DNA of 64,000 nt from Chloroflexota bacterium (GTDB lineage Bacteria; Chloroflexota; Anaerolineae; Promineifilales; Promineifilaceae): contig DAOMOK010000025.1 in assembly GCA_035444285.1 (NCBI GenBank), positions 7,506-71,505 on the forward strand, written 5' to 3'. The stretch's first letter is position 1; every line of letters begins with the position of its first letter. This document shows, one piece after another, positions 27,849-36,000 of this stretch. The notes under the pieces were generated by a model that saw only the letters and a program-made list of their open reading frames with translations, ran no database searches and was not told where the DNA came from. Made by a program: the position numbers and the translations under genes.

Positions 27849-27866
27849 GGAGGAATCGGAACAACC

Positions 27867-30800
27867 ATGCCAGTGTTACGCTTATTTTTAGCAGGCATTC
27901 CCCGCGTGGAGCGGGACGGCCGTCCCGTCCTCATCGAGCGCCATAAATCTCTGGCCTTGCTGGCCTATCTGGCCGTCACCAGCAGCCCACACCGCCGGGA
28001 CGAACTGGCCGCCCTGCTCTGGCCGGAGCTGGATCAAACCCGCGCCCGCGCCGCTCTGCGCCGCACCCTCTCCGCCCTCAATCTGGCCCTGAATGGCGAC
28101 TGGTTGGCGATCGGCCGTGAAACAATTGACCTGTCACCAGCATCTACCTGTTGGCTGGATGTGGCCCACTTCCGCCAGCTATTAGAACAATGCCGGAAAC
28201 ATGGCCATCCAGAGACCGCCCCTTGCCCGGATTGCCTGCCCCTGCTGGCCGAAGCCGCCGCCCTCTATCGCGGCGACTTCCTCACCGGTTTTACTTTGCG
28301 AGATGCCCCCGCCTTTGACGACTGGCAATTCTTTGAAACGGAAACTTTACGCCGCGAACTGACCTCTGCCCTGGCGCGATTGGCCCAGCTTCACGGCCTG
28401 CGACAAGAGTTTGAGCAGGCGATTATGTATGCCCGCCGCTGGTTATCGCTCGATCTGCTGCATGAACCGGCGCATTGCCAGTTGATGCAACTGTACGCCT
28501 GGGCCGGCCAGCGCCCGGCCGCCCTGCGCCAATACGCCGAATGTGTCCGCCTGTTGGAGCGGGAGATTGGCGTTCCCCCACAGCCCGCCACGACCGAACT
28601 GTACCAGGCGATTAAAGAGAACCGCCTGCCACCCGCACTCGACATTCTCACCCTCCGCCTGTTAAGTAAACGGCCGGAAGATCGGCCAGCATCAGCGGGA
28701 GACGTGCAGGCGGCGCTGGAGGAGTTGCGCCGCCCCACGGCCGCGCCGCCCACGCTGACGGCCGTTTATTCCACCCTCGATCTCATCGTGCGCGGCCAGT
28801 TGGTGGGGCGCGAACGTGAATTGGCAGAGGCCAATGCTCTGTGGAGCCGGGCAACGGCCGTCGCCGGCCAGGTGTTGCTGGTCAGCGGCGAACCAGGCAT
28901 CGGCAAAACTCGCCTGGTGCGGGCGTTGGCCGAGTGGGCGCAGGCCAGTGGCGGCCGGGTTCTGGCCGATGGCTGCCACGCCGAAGGCGGCCCACCCTAC
29001 GCCCCGCTCGCCGGTATCATGCGCCAGGTGTGGGCACAATCGGCCGCCCCCGCCCTGCCGGAGTACCTGCTGGCCGATTTGCTCACCCTGGCGCCACACC
29101 TGCGCCCGCACCATCCGCACGTTTCGCCCAACCCGCCGCTTGAGCCTGAATTTGAGCAACAGCGGTTGTTCGATAGCTTTACCGCCTGGTGTGAATGGCT
29201 GGCTGCGGATACGCCGCTGCTGTTTCTGGTGGAAGATGTGCATTGGGCGGATAGTGGCACGCTGGCCCTGTTACGCCATGTGGCCCGCCGGATACAAAAG
29301 GCGCGGCTGCTGCTGGTGCTAACCTACCGGGATACCGAAGTGGCGCTGGATCAGGCGCACCCGCTCCATGCCATCTTGCACGACCTCAACCGGGAGCGAC
29401 TGGTCGGGGAAATTCATCTGGGCCGCCTCAGCCGGGAACAGACGGCCGAATTATTGGCGGCGGTGTTGTCTACGGCCGGAGAGATTAGCCCGGAATTTGT
29501 TACTACGCTGTACCGCGAAACGGAAGGTAATCCCTTCTTCGTCGAAGAAGTGTGCAAGGGGTTGATTGAGCAGGGCAAGCTTTACCATGCGGGTGGGGCG
29601 TGGCGGCGCGCCGATCTGCAAACCATCTTCATCCCGCCGGGGGTACGCAGCGCCATTCTGGCGCGGGTGGAGCGCCTGCCAGCCGAGGCGCAAGATACGC
29701 TGCGGCTGGCGGCCGTTCTGGGGCGGGAGTTTGATTTTGAGATGCTGGCGGCGGCGAGTGACCAGGATGAAGAGAATCTCATTGCTGCTCTGGAGCCGGC
29801 CGAGCGGGCGCAGTTGATTGAGGAGATGGCGCAGCAGACTGCGGCGCGGGCTGGGCGCATCGTTTATACCTTTGCCCACGCCCTCATCCCCTTTGTCTTG
29901 CGCGAGAGCCTGAATGGATTGCGCCGCCAACGGTTGCACGGGCGTGTTGCCAAAGCCCTGGAAGCCCATAGGCCGCATGATGTTGAAGCGCTGGCCTACC
30001 ATTTCGCCGCCGCTGGTGAACGGGAGCAAGCGATTGCCTGTTCGCGCCGGGCGGCCGAACGAGCAGAGGCTATTTATGCTTATGATACGGCCGTCCAACA
30101 TTGGCAAATCGCCCTTGACTTACTGGCCCCCGCATACGCGGGCGCTGACGAACAGCCAGAAATCCGCCTGGCGCTGGTGGAAAGTCTGGCCGACGTGTAC
30201 CGGCTGCGCGGCGACCGGGCGGACGCCATTCAAACTTACCAGCAGGCGCTCGCGGTCTGGCGGGGCATGGCCGATGGGGAGAAGTGGACGGCCGTGCGCC
30301 TGCACCGCAAAACCGGCGAAACGTTCAACCGCCTGGGCAAAGCGGCCGAAATTGAGCAGTTCAAGCCAATCGCCCTGGCGGGGCTGGAAACCGCCCGGCA
30401 ACTCATTGCGGCCGAGCCGCCCCATCCTGAAACGGTGCGCCTGTTGACTGCGCTGGCCAATTACGCTTATTGGGAAAGTTATGAACTCTATGGGCAGAGC
30501 GGCGATCCGTTCACTCAGGGAGAGCAGTTCGCCCACGCGGCGGTAGCTATGGCCGAACAATTAGACGCGCCGGTTGAGCTTTTGGCGGCGTTGGAGGCGC
30601 AGGCCAATCTCTATAGCGCCCATGAGCGATTGCGCGAGGGGGTAGAGATCGCGCAGCGACGGCTGGCTCTCAGCCGCACTCTGCGCTTAACCAATCCGCG
30701 TGAACAGGTCAATATCCTTTCCCAGGCCGGTTCGGCGCTGTGCGCGGTGGGCGATTATGCCCAGGCCCTGGCCTGTCTTTTGGAAGCGGAGCGGCTGGCG

Positions 30801-31094
30801 GATGAAATCCACGATTGGGGCCAGGTGATTTATACCTTGAATAAGCAGATCCAATGTTTCTTGGGTCTGGATCGGTGGGAGGAGATATTGCAGATTGAGG
30901 ATAAACGGCTGGTGTTGGCGGGGCGTTACGGCCGTGAACGGATTGGCCGGATGTGCTTCCAGTGTGGGGTCAGCGCCTACGTTCACGGCTGGCGCGGCGA
31001 AATGGAACTGGCCCGCGCCCACCGCCAGGAAGCATACCAGATGATGGCTGATAGTGTGCCGCTGGACAAGTGGTTGTCCATTCAACATTACTGA
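27867..31094 (+). CDS. BTAD + kinase-tail relic + AAA_16-type ATPase + TPR regulator, ending at an in-frame TGA
   Basis: LALLAYLAVTSSPHRRDELAALLWPE. BTAD HCQLMQLYAWAGQRPAALRQYAECVRLLEREIGVPP. LVGRERELAEAN...VSGEPGIGKTRLVRAL and Walker B LLFLVEDVHWAD. TPR tail. Start set at MPVLRLF, after GGAGGA. Confidence 0.85.
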   Translation: MPVLRLFLAGIPRVERDGRPVLIERHKSLALLAYLAVTSSPHRRDELAALLWPELDQTRARAALRRTLSALNLALNGDWLAIGRETIDLSPASTCWLDVAHFRQLLEQCRKHGHPETAPCPDCLPLLAEAAALYRGDFLTGFTLRDAPAFDDWQFFETETLRRELTSALARLAQLHGLRQEFEQAIMYARRWLSLDLLHEPAHCQLMQLYAWAGQRPAALRQYAECVRLLEREIGVPPQPATTELYQAIKENRLPPALDILTLRLLSKRPEDRPASAGDVQAALEELRRPTAAPPTLTAVYSTLDLIVRGQLVGRERELAEANALWSRATAVAGQVLLVSGEPGIGKTRLVRALAEWAQASGGRVLADGCHAEGGPPYAPLAGIMRQVWAQSAAPALPEYLLADLLTLAPHLRPHHPHVSPNPPLEPEFEQQRLFDSFTAWCEWLAADTPLLFLVEDVHWADSGTLALLRHVARRIQKARLLLVLTYRDTEVALDQAHPLHAILHDLNRERLVGEIHLGRLSREQTAELLAAVLSTAGEISPEFVTTLYRETEGNPFFVEEVCKGLIEQGKLYHAGGAWRRADLQTIFIPPGVRSAILARVERLPAEAQDTLRLAAVLGREFDFEMLAAASDQDEENLIAALEPAERAQLIEEMAQQTAARAGRIVYTFAHALIPFVLRESLNGLRRQRLHGRVAKALEAHRPHDVEALAYHFAAAGEREQAIACSRRAAERAEAIYAYDTAVQHWQIALDLLAPAYAGADEQPEIRLALVESLADVYRLRGDRADAIQTYQQALAVWRGMADGEKWTAVRLHRKTGETFNRLGKAAEIEQFKPIALAGLETARQLIAAEPPHPETVRLLTALANYAYWESYELYGQSGDPFTQGEQFAHAAVAMAEQLDAPVELLAALEAQANLYSAHERLREGVEIAQRRLALSRTLRLTNPREQVNILSQAGSALCAVGDYAQALACLLEAERLADEIHDWGQVIYTLNKQIQCFLGLDRWEEILQIEDKRLVLAGRYGRERIGRMCFQCGVSAYVHGWRGEMELARAHRQEAYQMMADSVPLDKWLSIQHY

Positions 31095-31583
31095 CTGGGG
31101 CAGGCCCTGGTGGGTGAGGGCGAGTTCGCCCTCGTCAGAGAGCATCTGGAAGCGTCGCTCCACTCGACGTCGTGGTGGGTGAGTGACCATGATATTTATG
31201 CCATGCTGGTGGATGTGGTAGTTTTGCAGCGTGACGAGGTCGCGATTCGCCAATATGCGCCGGCGGCCGAAGAACTGGCGATGCGCTACGGCCACACGCT
31301 GTATCAGGCCATCGTCCACCGCGCCTGGGGCGTGGCGCACCGGCTGGCAGGTGAATATGCCGAAGCCGAGGCGCGTTTGCATCAGGCGTTGGATTTGTTC
31401 AGCAGCCTGGGCACGCGCTGGCAATTGGGGCGGACGTTGTATGAGTTGGGGGAGGTGACGGCCGAACAAACAAACACCGACGCCGCCCGCAACTACTTCA
31501 CCCGCGCCCTGGCCCAGTTTGAAGCGCTGCGCGCCGCCCCGGACATGGCCCGGACGCAGGCGGCGCTGGAAAAGTTCAATTAA
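31095..31583 (+). CDS. TPR continuation in the same frame as 27867-31094 (separated only by TGA at 31092-31094)
   Basis: No stop between 31095 and 31583. AWGVAHRLAGEYAEAEARLHQALDLFSSLGTRWQLGRTLYELGEV is TPR-like. There is no independent RBS and only a GTG start at 31110. Confidence 0.5.
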   Translation: MGQALVGEGEFALVREHLEASLHSTSWWVSDHDIYAMLVDVVVLQRDEVAIRQYAPAAEELAMRYGHTLYQAIVHRAWGVAHRLAGEYAEAEARLHQALDLFSSLGTRWQLGRTLYELGEVTAEQTNTDAARNYFTRALAQFEALRAAPDMARTQAALEKFN

Positions 31584-31642
31584 AGGGGTGTTGTCAGAAA
31601 CCTGTCAGATGTGAGCAGTTATGCTGCGGATTGGATAATGCT

Positions 31643-31648
31643 ATAATG
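31643..31648 (+). promoter_or_regulatory. TATAAT -10 box upstream of the NB-ARC/LuxR regulator
   Basis: gcTATAATga lies 22 nt upstream of the ATG at 31670. Confidence 0.3.
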
Positions 31649-31669
31649 ATTTGAGTATCAGGTGGTCTG

Positions 31670-32887
31670 ATGATCGCTCATTCGATTCCACAACCAACAA
31701 CTTTTATCGGCCGTGATGACGAGCTACGCGATATTTCCGCGCTCATGCACAACCATCTTTGCCGCCTGCTAACACTGGTTGGCCCCGGCGGCATCGGCAA
31801 GACTCGGCTGGCGCTAGAGATAGCCAGCAGCCAGCAGGATTTGTTTCCCGATGGTGTTCATCTCACCTACCTGCAAGCAACCCCCTCGTCGGATTTCCTG
31901 GTTTCGGCCGTTGCCGAATCGCTGGATTTCCGCTTTCAACCGGACGGCGATTCCCAATCCCAGTTAATCAATTATCTTCGCCATCAATCGCTCCTGCTGG
32001 TGCTGGACAATTTTGAGCATCTCGCCGATGGGGCGGCGTTTGTCGGTGATATTTTGGCGGCGGCAACGGCCGTTAAACTGCTGGTCACGTCACGAGAACG
32101 GCTCTCCTTGCAGGAAGAATGGGTCTATGAGGTGCCTGGGCTGGACTGCCCGGCGCACGACGGCGATCCTGATATTGAAGCGTATGGGGCGGTGCGATTG
32201 TTTGTCCATAGCGCCCGCCGGGCCTCCCCCCATTTTCGCCTGACAAAGCAGTACAGACCGCCGGTGGCCCGTATCTGCCGCCTGGTTGGGGGGATGCCGC
32301 TGGGGATTGAGCTGGCCGCCGCCTGGACGCGGGCGCTGCCTTGCGACGAGATCGCCCATGAAATCGAACATAGTCTGGACATATTAGAAACATCCGCCCG
32401 CAACGTGCCGCCGCGCCACCGCAATATGCGGGCTGTATTTGCGCCCACCTGGCAGCTTTTGTCGGCGGAGGAGCAGCATGTTTTTATGAAGCTGTCGGTT
32501 TTTCGCGGCGGTTTCACCCGCCAGGCGGCCGAGTCCGTTGCCAGCGCGACCATGCGCACGTTGCTCTCGTTGGTGGATAAGTCGCTCTTGCGATTGGATG
32601 GGAACGGCCGTTACACCCTCCACGAACTGCTGCGCCAATACGGCGAGGAACAGTTGCACAACTCCCCGCCAGAGCAAGAACAGACCCTTGATCTGCATCG
32701 CGCCTGTTATATGGCCCTCCTGGCTCGGTGCGAACAGATGATTGTTTTCCGGGGACAGTCAAAAGAAGCCCTGAAGATCATGAAAAACGAACTGGAAAAC
32801 ATGCGGATGGCCTGGCGGCGAGCCGTCTGGCAGGGGCAGTTTGCGGAGATTGCCCACGGTGCGGAGGGATTATGGACCTTCTACTGA
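31670..32887 (+). CDS. NB-ARC-type STAND ATPase (no N-terminal effector domain), ending at an in-frame TGA
   Basis: FIGRDDELRDI...LVGPGGIGKTRLALEIA, then LLLVLDNFEH, then a winged-helix part SVFRGGFTRQAAESV. Confidence 0.8.
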   Translation: MIAHSIPQPTTFIGRDDELRDISALMHNHLCRLLTLVGPGGIGKTRLALEIASSQQDLFPDGVHLTYLQATPSSDFLVSAVAESLDFRFQPDGDSQSQLINYLRHQSLLLVLDNFEHLADGAAFVGDILAAATAVKLLVTSRERLSLQEEWVYEVPGLDCPAHDGDPDIEAYGAVRLFVHSARRASPHFRLTKQYRPPVARICRLVGGMPLGIELAAAWTRALPCDEIAHEIEHSLDILETSARNVPPRHRNMRAVFAPTWQLLSAEEQHVFMKLSVFRGGFTRQAAESVASATMRTLLSLVDKSLLRLDGNGRYTLHELLRQYGEEQLHNSPPEQEQTLDLHRACYMALLARCEQMIVFRGQSKEALKIMKNELENMRMAWRRAVWQGQFAEIAHGAEGLWTFY

Positions 32888-34189
32888 ATGACGGGGCTGA
32901 ACCGGGATGGCGCCGCCCTTTTCCGCTGGTCAGCGGATTGCCTGCGTGAGAATGTTTACGAACCTGAAGAGGAACGGCAGCGACTGCTGGCGCTGCTTCT
33001 GGCGTTCGAGGGCCAGTGCCGCATACCCCTCTCTTATGAGGCTGCCAGAGGGCTGGCGCAGGAAAGCCTGGCGATGATGCGCCACCTGCCGGTGAGCAGA
33101 GAGACGGTTCATGCCATCGTCATTGGGCAGGTATTTGCCGCTGATAAAAGTGAAAAAACGCAGCTCATCCAGGAAGCGCTCAACATTGCCAGAGCGAATG
33201 ATTATGGCTGGTGGATTGCCAAACTGACTGTTGACCTGGCGCACCAGGCCATGGGGGATGGTGACCTGGAGCAGGCGGAGAGGCTGTTGCAGGAAGCTTT
33301 GGTCGTTTGTCGGGAAACCAAGGAGCCTATCCAGACGGTTCATGCGTTGATGGGGTTGAGTGGGCTGGCTTACAATCACCATGATTATGCCGGAGCGCAG
33401 CAGCGGGCACAGGAGGCGCTGGCGTTGGCACAGGAGATGGATTACACGGCCGGTACCCTGCGGGCTACGGCGGCCGTGGCCGATCATGCCCTGCTGCAAG
33501 GGGATTATGCCACCGCCTATGCCTACTCTCAAACGACAGTTAGGCTGTGCCAGGAACAGGAAAATCGGGTAGATGGCGCTTTTCAGTTGCGCCGCCTCGG
33601 TTCGGCCGCCTGTGGGCTGGGGCATTACGAGGAGGCCCGCCGTTATTTCTACGAGGGGCTGCAAACGGCCGTAGATGCGGGCAATGAAGCGGTCACGCTG
33701 GATGTGATGGGGGAAGCGGCCTGGCTGCTGCATGGCTGCGGCCAGACGGGCCGGGCGGCCGCACTGGCCGGCTTTGTTCTCAACCATCCCGCCCGCCTGG
33801 ACATCATCAAAAGGCGCTTAACCAGTCTGCTGACTGAGTTGGAGGGTGTGTGGCCAATGGAGATGCTGGCAACGGCCGTTGCCCAGGGCAAGACGCTTGA
33901 TTTCGATAAAACGGTGCAAGAACTGCTGGCGGAATTGGGACGGCCGTTGCCAGACACCAAGCGCGTGGGGGAACTACCCGGTCCCCAGCCAGCGGTTGAT
34001 CCCCTGACGGAACGCGAGTTAGAGGTTCTGCAACTGATCGCCGAGGGTTTATCCAACTACGATATCGCCGTCCGGCTTTTTGTCGGGGTAAGTACCGTCA
34101 AAACCCATGTCAACCGCATTTTCAGCAAATTGGGCGTGAAAAACCGAACGCAGGCCGTAGCCCGCGCCAGGGAACTCCACTTACTTTAA
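32888..34189 (+). CDS. TPR + LuxR-type HTH protein, same frame as and contiguous with 31670-32887
   Basis: C-terminal LTERELEVLQLIAEGLSNYDIAVRLFVGVSTVKTHVNRIFSKLGVKNRTQAV (GerE/LuxR HTH). The ATG directly follows the TGA of the upstream ORF, in the same phase. Confidence 0.8.
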   Translation: MTGLNRDGAALFRWSADCLRENVYEPEEERQRLLALLLAFEGQCRIPLSYEAARGLAQESLAMMRHLPVSRETVHAIVIGQVFAADKSEKTQLIQEALNIARANDYGWWIAKLTVDLAHQAMGDGDLEQAERLLQEALVVCRETKEPIQTVHALMGLSGLAYNHHDYAGAQQRAQEALALAQEMDYTAGTLRATAAVADHALLQGDYATAYAYSQTTVRLCQEQENRVDGAFQLRRLGSAACGLGHYEEARRYFYEGLQTAVDAGNEAVTLDVMGEAAWLLHGCGQTGRAAALAGFVLNHPARLDIIKRRLTSLLTELEGVWPMEMLATAVAQGKTLDFDKTVQELLAELGRPLPDTKRVGELPGPQPAVDPLTERELEVLQLIAEGLSNYDIAVRLFVGVSTVKTHVNRIFSKLGVKNRTQAVARARELHLL

Positions 34190-34334
34190 GGCCAGATTAC
34201 CCCAACTCCACCCAACCCCCAACTGAATATCCATCAAAAGGTGGACGACGCTGCCTGGCTATGCCTTTATCCTCAATCAAAAATTTATAACGCGATTTAC
34301 CAAATCGCATCACCCTTTTAAAGGAGACAAAAAG

Positions 34335-34739
34335 ATGAACAAGACATTTGCACAGATGGCGTCCGAGGCTTTTGCCCAGGTACCGGCGATTAGCCCGGCC
34401 GAAGCCCGGTCACGGCTAGAACAGGACTCCCACATCCTGGTGATTGACGTGCGCGATGCGGCCGACATCGCCGGGACAGGTTCGGTGCCAGGTGCGGTGA
34501 ACATCTCATTGGGCAGCCTGACTTATAGGGCTGACCATGAAGTTCCCGAAGATTGGCGCGATCCGGTGCTGGCGGACCATTCTCGCCCCATCATCACCAC
34601 CTGTATTCTAGGCCCATTGGGCGCGCTGGGCGGCAAACTGCTGCACGATATGGGCTTTACCAATGTTTCGATTCTGGAAGGTGGGGTTCAGGGCTGGATA
34701 GATGCTGGCTTCCCGACTGAACAGCCGCGTACCGCCTAG
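34335..34739 (+). CDS. Single-domain rhodanese sulfurtransferase
   Basis: 134 aa. Active-site loop [11 protein letters not shown], followed by [12 protein letters not shown]. Confidence 0.8.
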   Translation: MNKTFAQMASEAFAQVPAISPAEARSRLEQDSHILVIDVRDAADIAGTGSVPGAVNISLGSLTYRADHEVPEDWRDPVLADHSRPIITTCILGPLGALGGKLLHDMGFTNVSILEGGVQGWIDAGFPTEQPRTA

Positions 34740-34745
34740 GAGGGG

Positions 34746-35609
34746 ATGATGTCTGACTACGCTTATCCTGAAATGCTGGCCAGCCCACAATGGGCGGCCG
34801 ACCATCTGAATGATCCAAACGTGCGCTTTGTCGAGGCTGGCTTTAACCCGGCCGCCTATGACTCAGGTCACATTCCAGGAGCCGTTTATTGGTGTTGGAA
34901 CGGCGACATCTTGCAGGCGGGCAGCCGCGATATTCTGAGCAAGACGGCCGTAGAGGCATTGCTTTCCCGCTCAGGAATTGACAACCAGACCACAATTGTA
35001 GTGTACGATGGCTTTAGTAATCTACTGGCAGCCATGGCTCTCTGGATGCTGAAGATATATGGCCATCAAGACGTGCGCTTGCTAGACGGTGAACGGAGGA
35101 AGTGGACAAGCGACGGCCGTCCACTCACCACGGATGCACCTTCCTACCAGCCAAAGCCATACTCGGCCAAAAAGCCGGATTGGACACTACGAGCGCATCA
35201 CGACCTCGTTTTGGACGGAATTGGCAGAGCAAACAGGGTGCTGGTGGATGCTCGGACGGTGGCGATGTACCGGGGTGAAGATGTCATGGGTGGTACCGTT
35301 GGCGGGCACATTCCCGGCGCAGTTAATGTACCGGCCGTGATGGAAACGGAAAACGGCCAGTTCCGCGGCTGGACCACACCAACGATGAATGAGGATGGCA
35401 CGTTCAAGTCGGCTGTTGGGCTACGCACTTTGTTTAGCGATAAAGGCATCAGCCCGGACAAAGAAGTCATCACTTATTGCGTGCGCGGCGGTCTGTCCAC
35501 GCATATGTGGTTTGTGCTGAAATACCTGTTGGGCTACCCCGAAGTGCGCGAATATGACGGCTCTTGGGCCGAATGGGGCAACCTGATCGGTGTGCCAATA
35601 TCGGTATAA
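34746..35609 (+). CDS. Two-domain thiosulfate/3-mercaptopyruvate sulfurtransferase
   Basis: HIPGAV appears in both halves. Catalytic loop ITYCVRGGLST and C-terminal YDGSWAEWG. GGAGGGG RBS. Confidence 0.85.
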   Translation: MMSDYAYPEMLASPQWAADHLNDPNVRFVEAGFNPAAYDSGHIPGAVYWCWNGDILQAGSRDILSKTAVEALLSRSGIDNQTTIVVYDGFSNLLAAMALWMLKIYGHQDVRLLDGERRKWTSDGRPLTTDAPSYQPKPYSAKKPDWTLRAHHDLVLDGIGRANRVLVDARTVAMYRGEDVMGGTVGGHIPGAVNVPAVMETENGQFRGWTTPTMNEDGTFKSAVGLRTLFSDKGISPDKEVITYCVRGGLSTHMWFVLKYLLGYPEVREYDGSWAEWGNLIGVPISV

Positions 35610-35900
35610 TCAGCCAGATGTCTGTGATAAGCATGCAACTCAGGGCAGTTGCACAGGGGCAAATTGGTGATAATTTCATCTCACCTCGGCGTTTTGGAGC
35701 AATAGGACGAAAACCTATCCTAAGGCTCAGTCAGATCGCAGTGGACGCAGACCGGTTGGGGCCAGATCATCACCTATATCGAAGCGAAACTTACCATACC
35801 GATTGATATGTCTAAACCTCACAGGTGATAAGTGGACAAAGTCAGTAAGCGTTCAGATGTCATATATGGTGGTTAAAACCATCTGTAAACCCTATATATG

Positions 35901-35938
35901 GGGGTCGTCATGTCAAAACAGCCTTTCGTACATTGATA
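35901..35938 (+). repeat. Candidate terminal inverted repeat (tnpA-proximal), diverged
   Basis: GGGGTCGTCATGTCAAAACAGCCTTTCGTACATTGATA. The GGGGTCGTC...AAAAC start resembles Tn3-family IRs, but the inner ACGCTAAG end is missing. Confidence 0.45.
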
Positions 35939-36000
35939 TTCTATGTATTTTATTCAGCGAATAACGCCATATCTGGCCTTTTCTTCTCAAAAGGCATACT

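Noticed and set aside
31092-31134. Possible selenocysteine decoding of the in-frame TGA, since a GAGGGC...GCCCTC hairpin lies at 31117-31134.
   Set aside because: The hairpin is short and not positioned or shaped like a bacterial SECIS. Sec in a TPR regulator has no precedent I know of, and no sel genes are in view. A nonsense mutation or simple readthrough is more parsimonious.
27833-31608. A shared 12-mer GAAACCTGTCAG upstream of two regulator genes (27833-27844 and 31597-31608), considered as a common operator.
   Set aside because: Exact 12-mer matches are expected many times by chance in 64 kb on two strands. The distances to the start codons also differ (about 23 versus 62 nt). It is only kept as context for the palindrome finding.
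25542-35906. A 13-nt identity ATATATGGGGGTC at the ISL3 end (25542-25554) and at the Tn3-family left IR (35894-35906). This hinted that the ISL3-adjacent resolvase fragment belongs to a second Tn3-type element.
   Set aside because: A single 13-mer match is within chance expectation. In the ISL3 copy the sequence overlaps the transposase stop codon, and the similarity does not extend.
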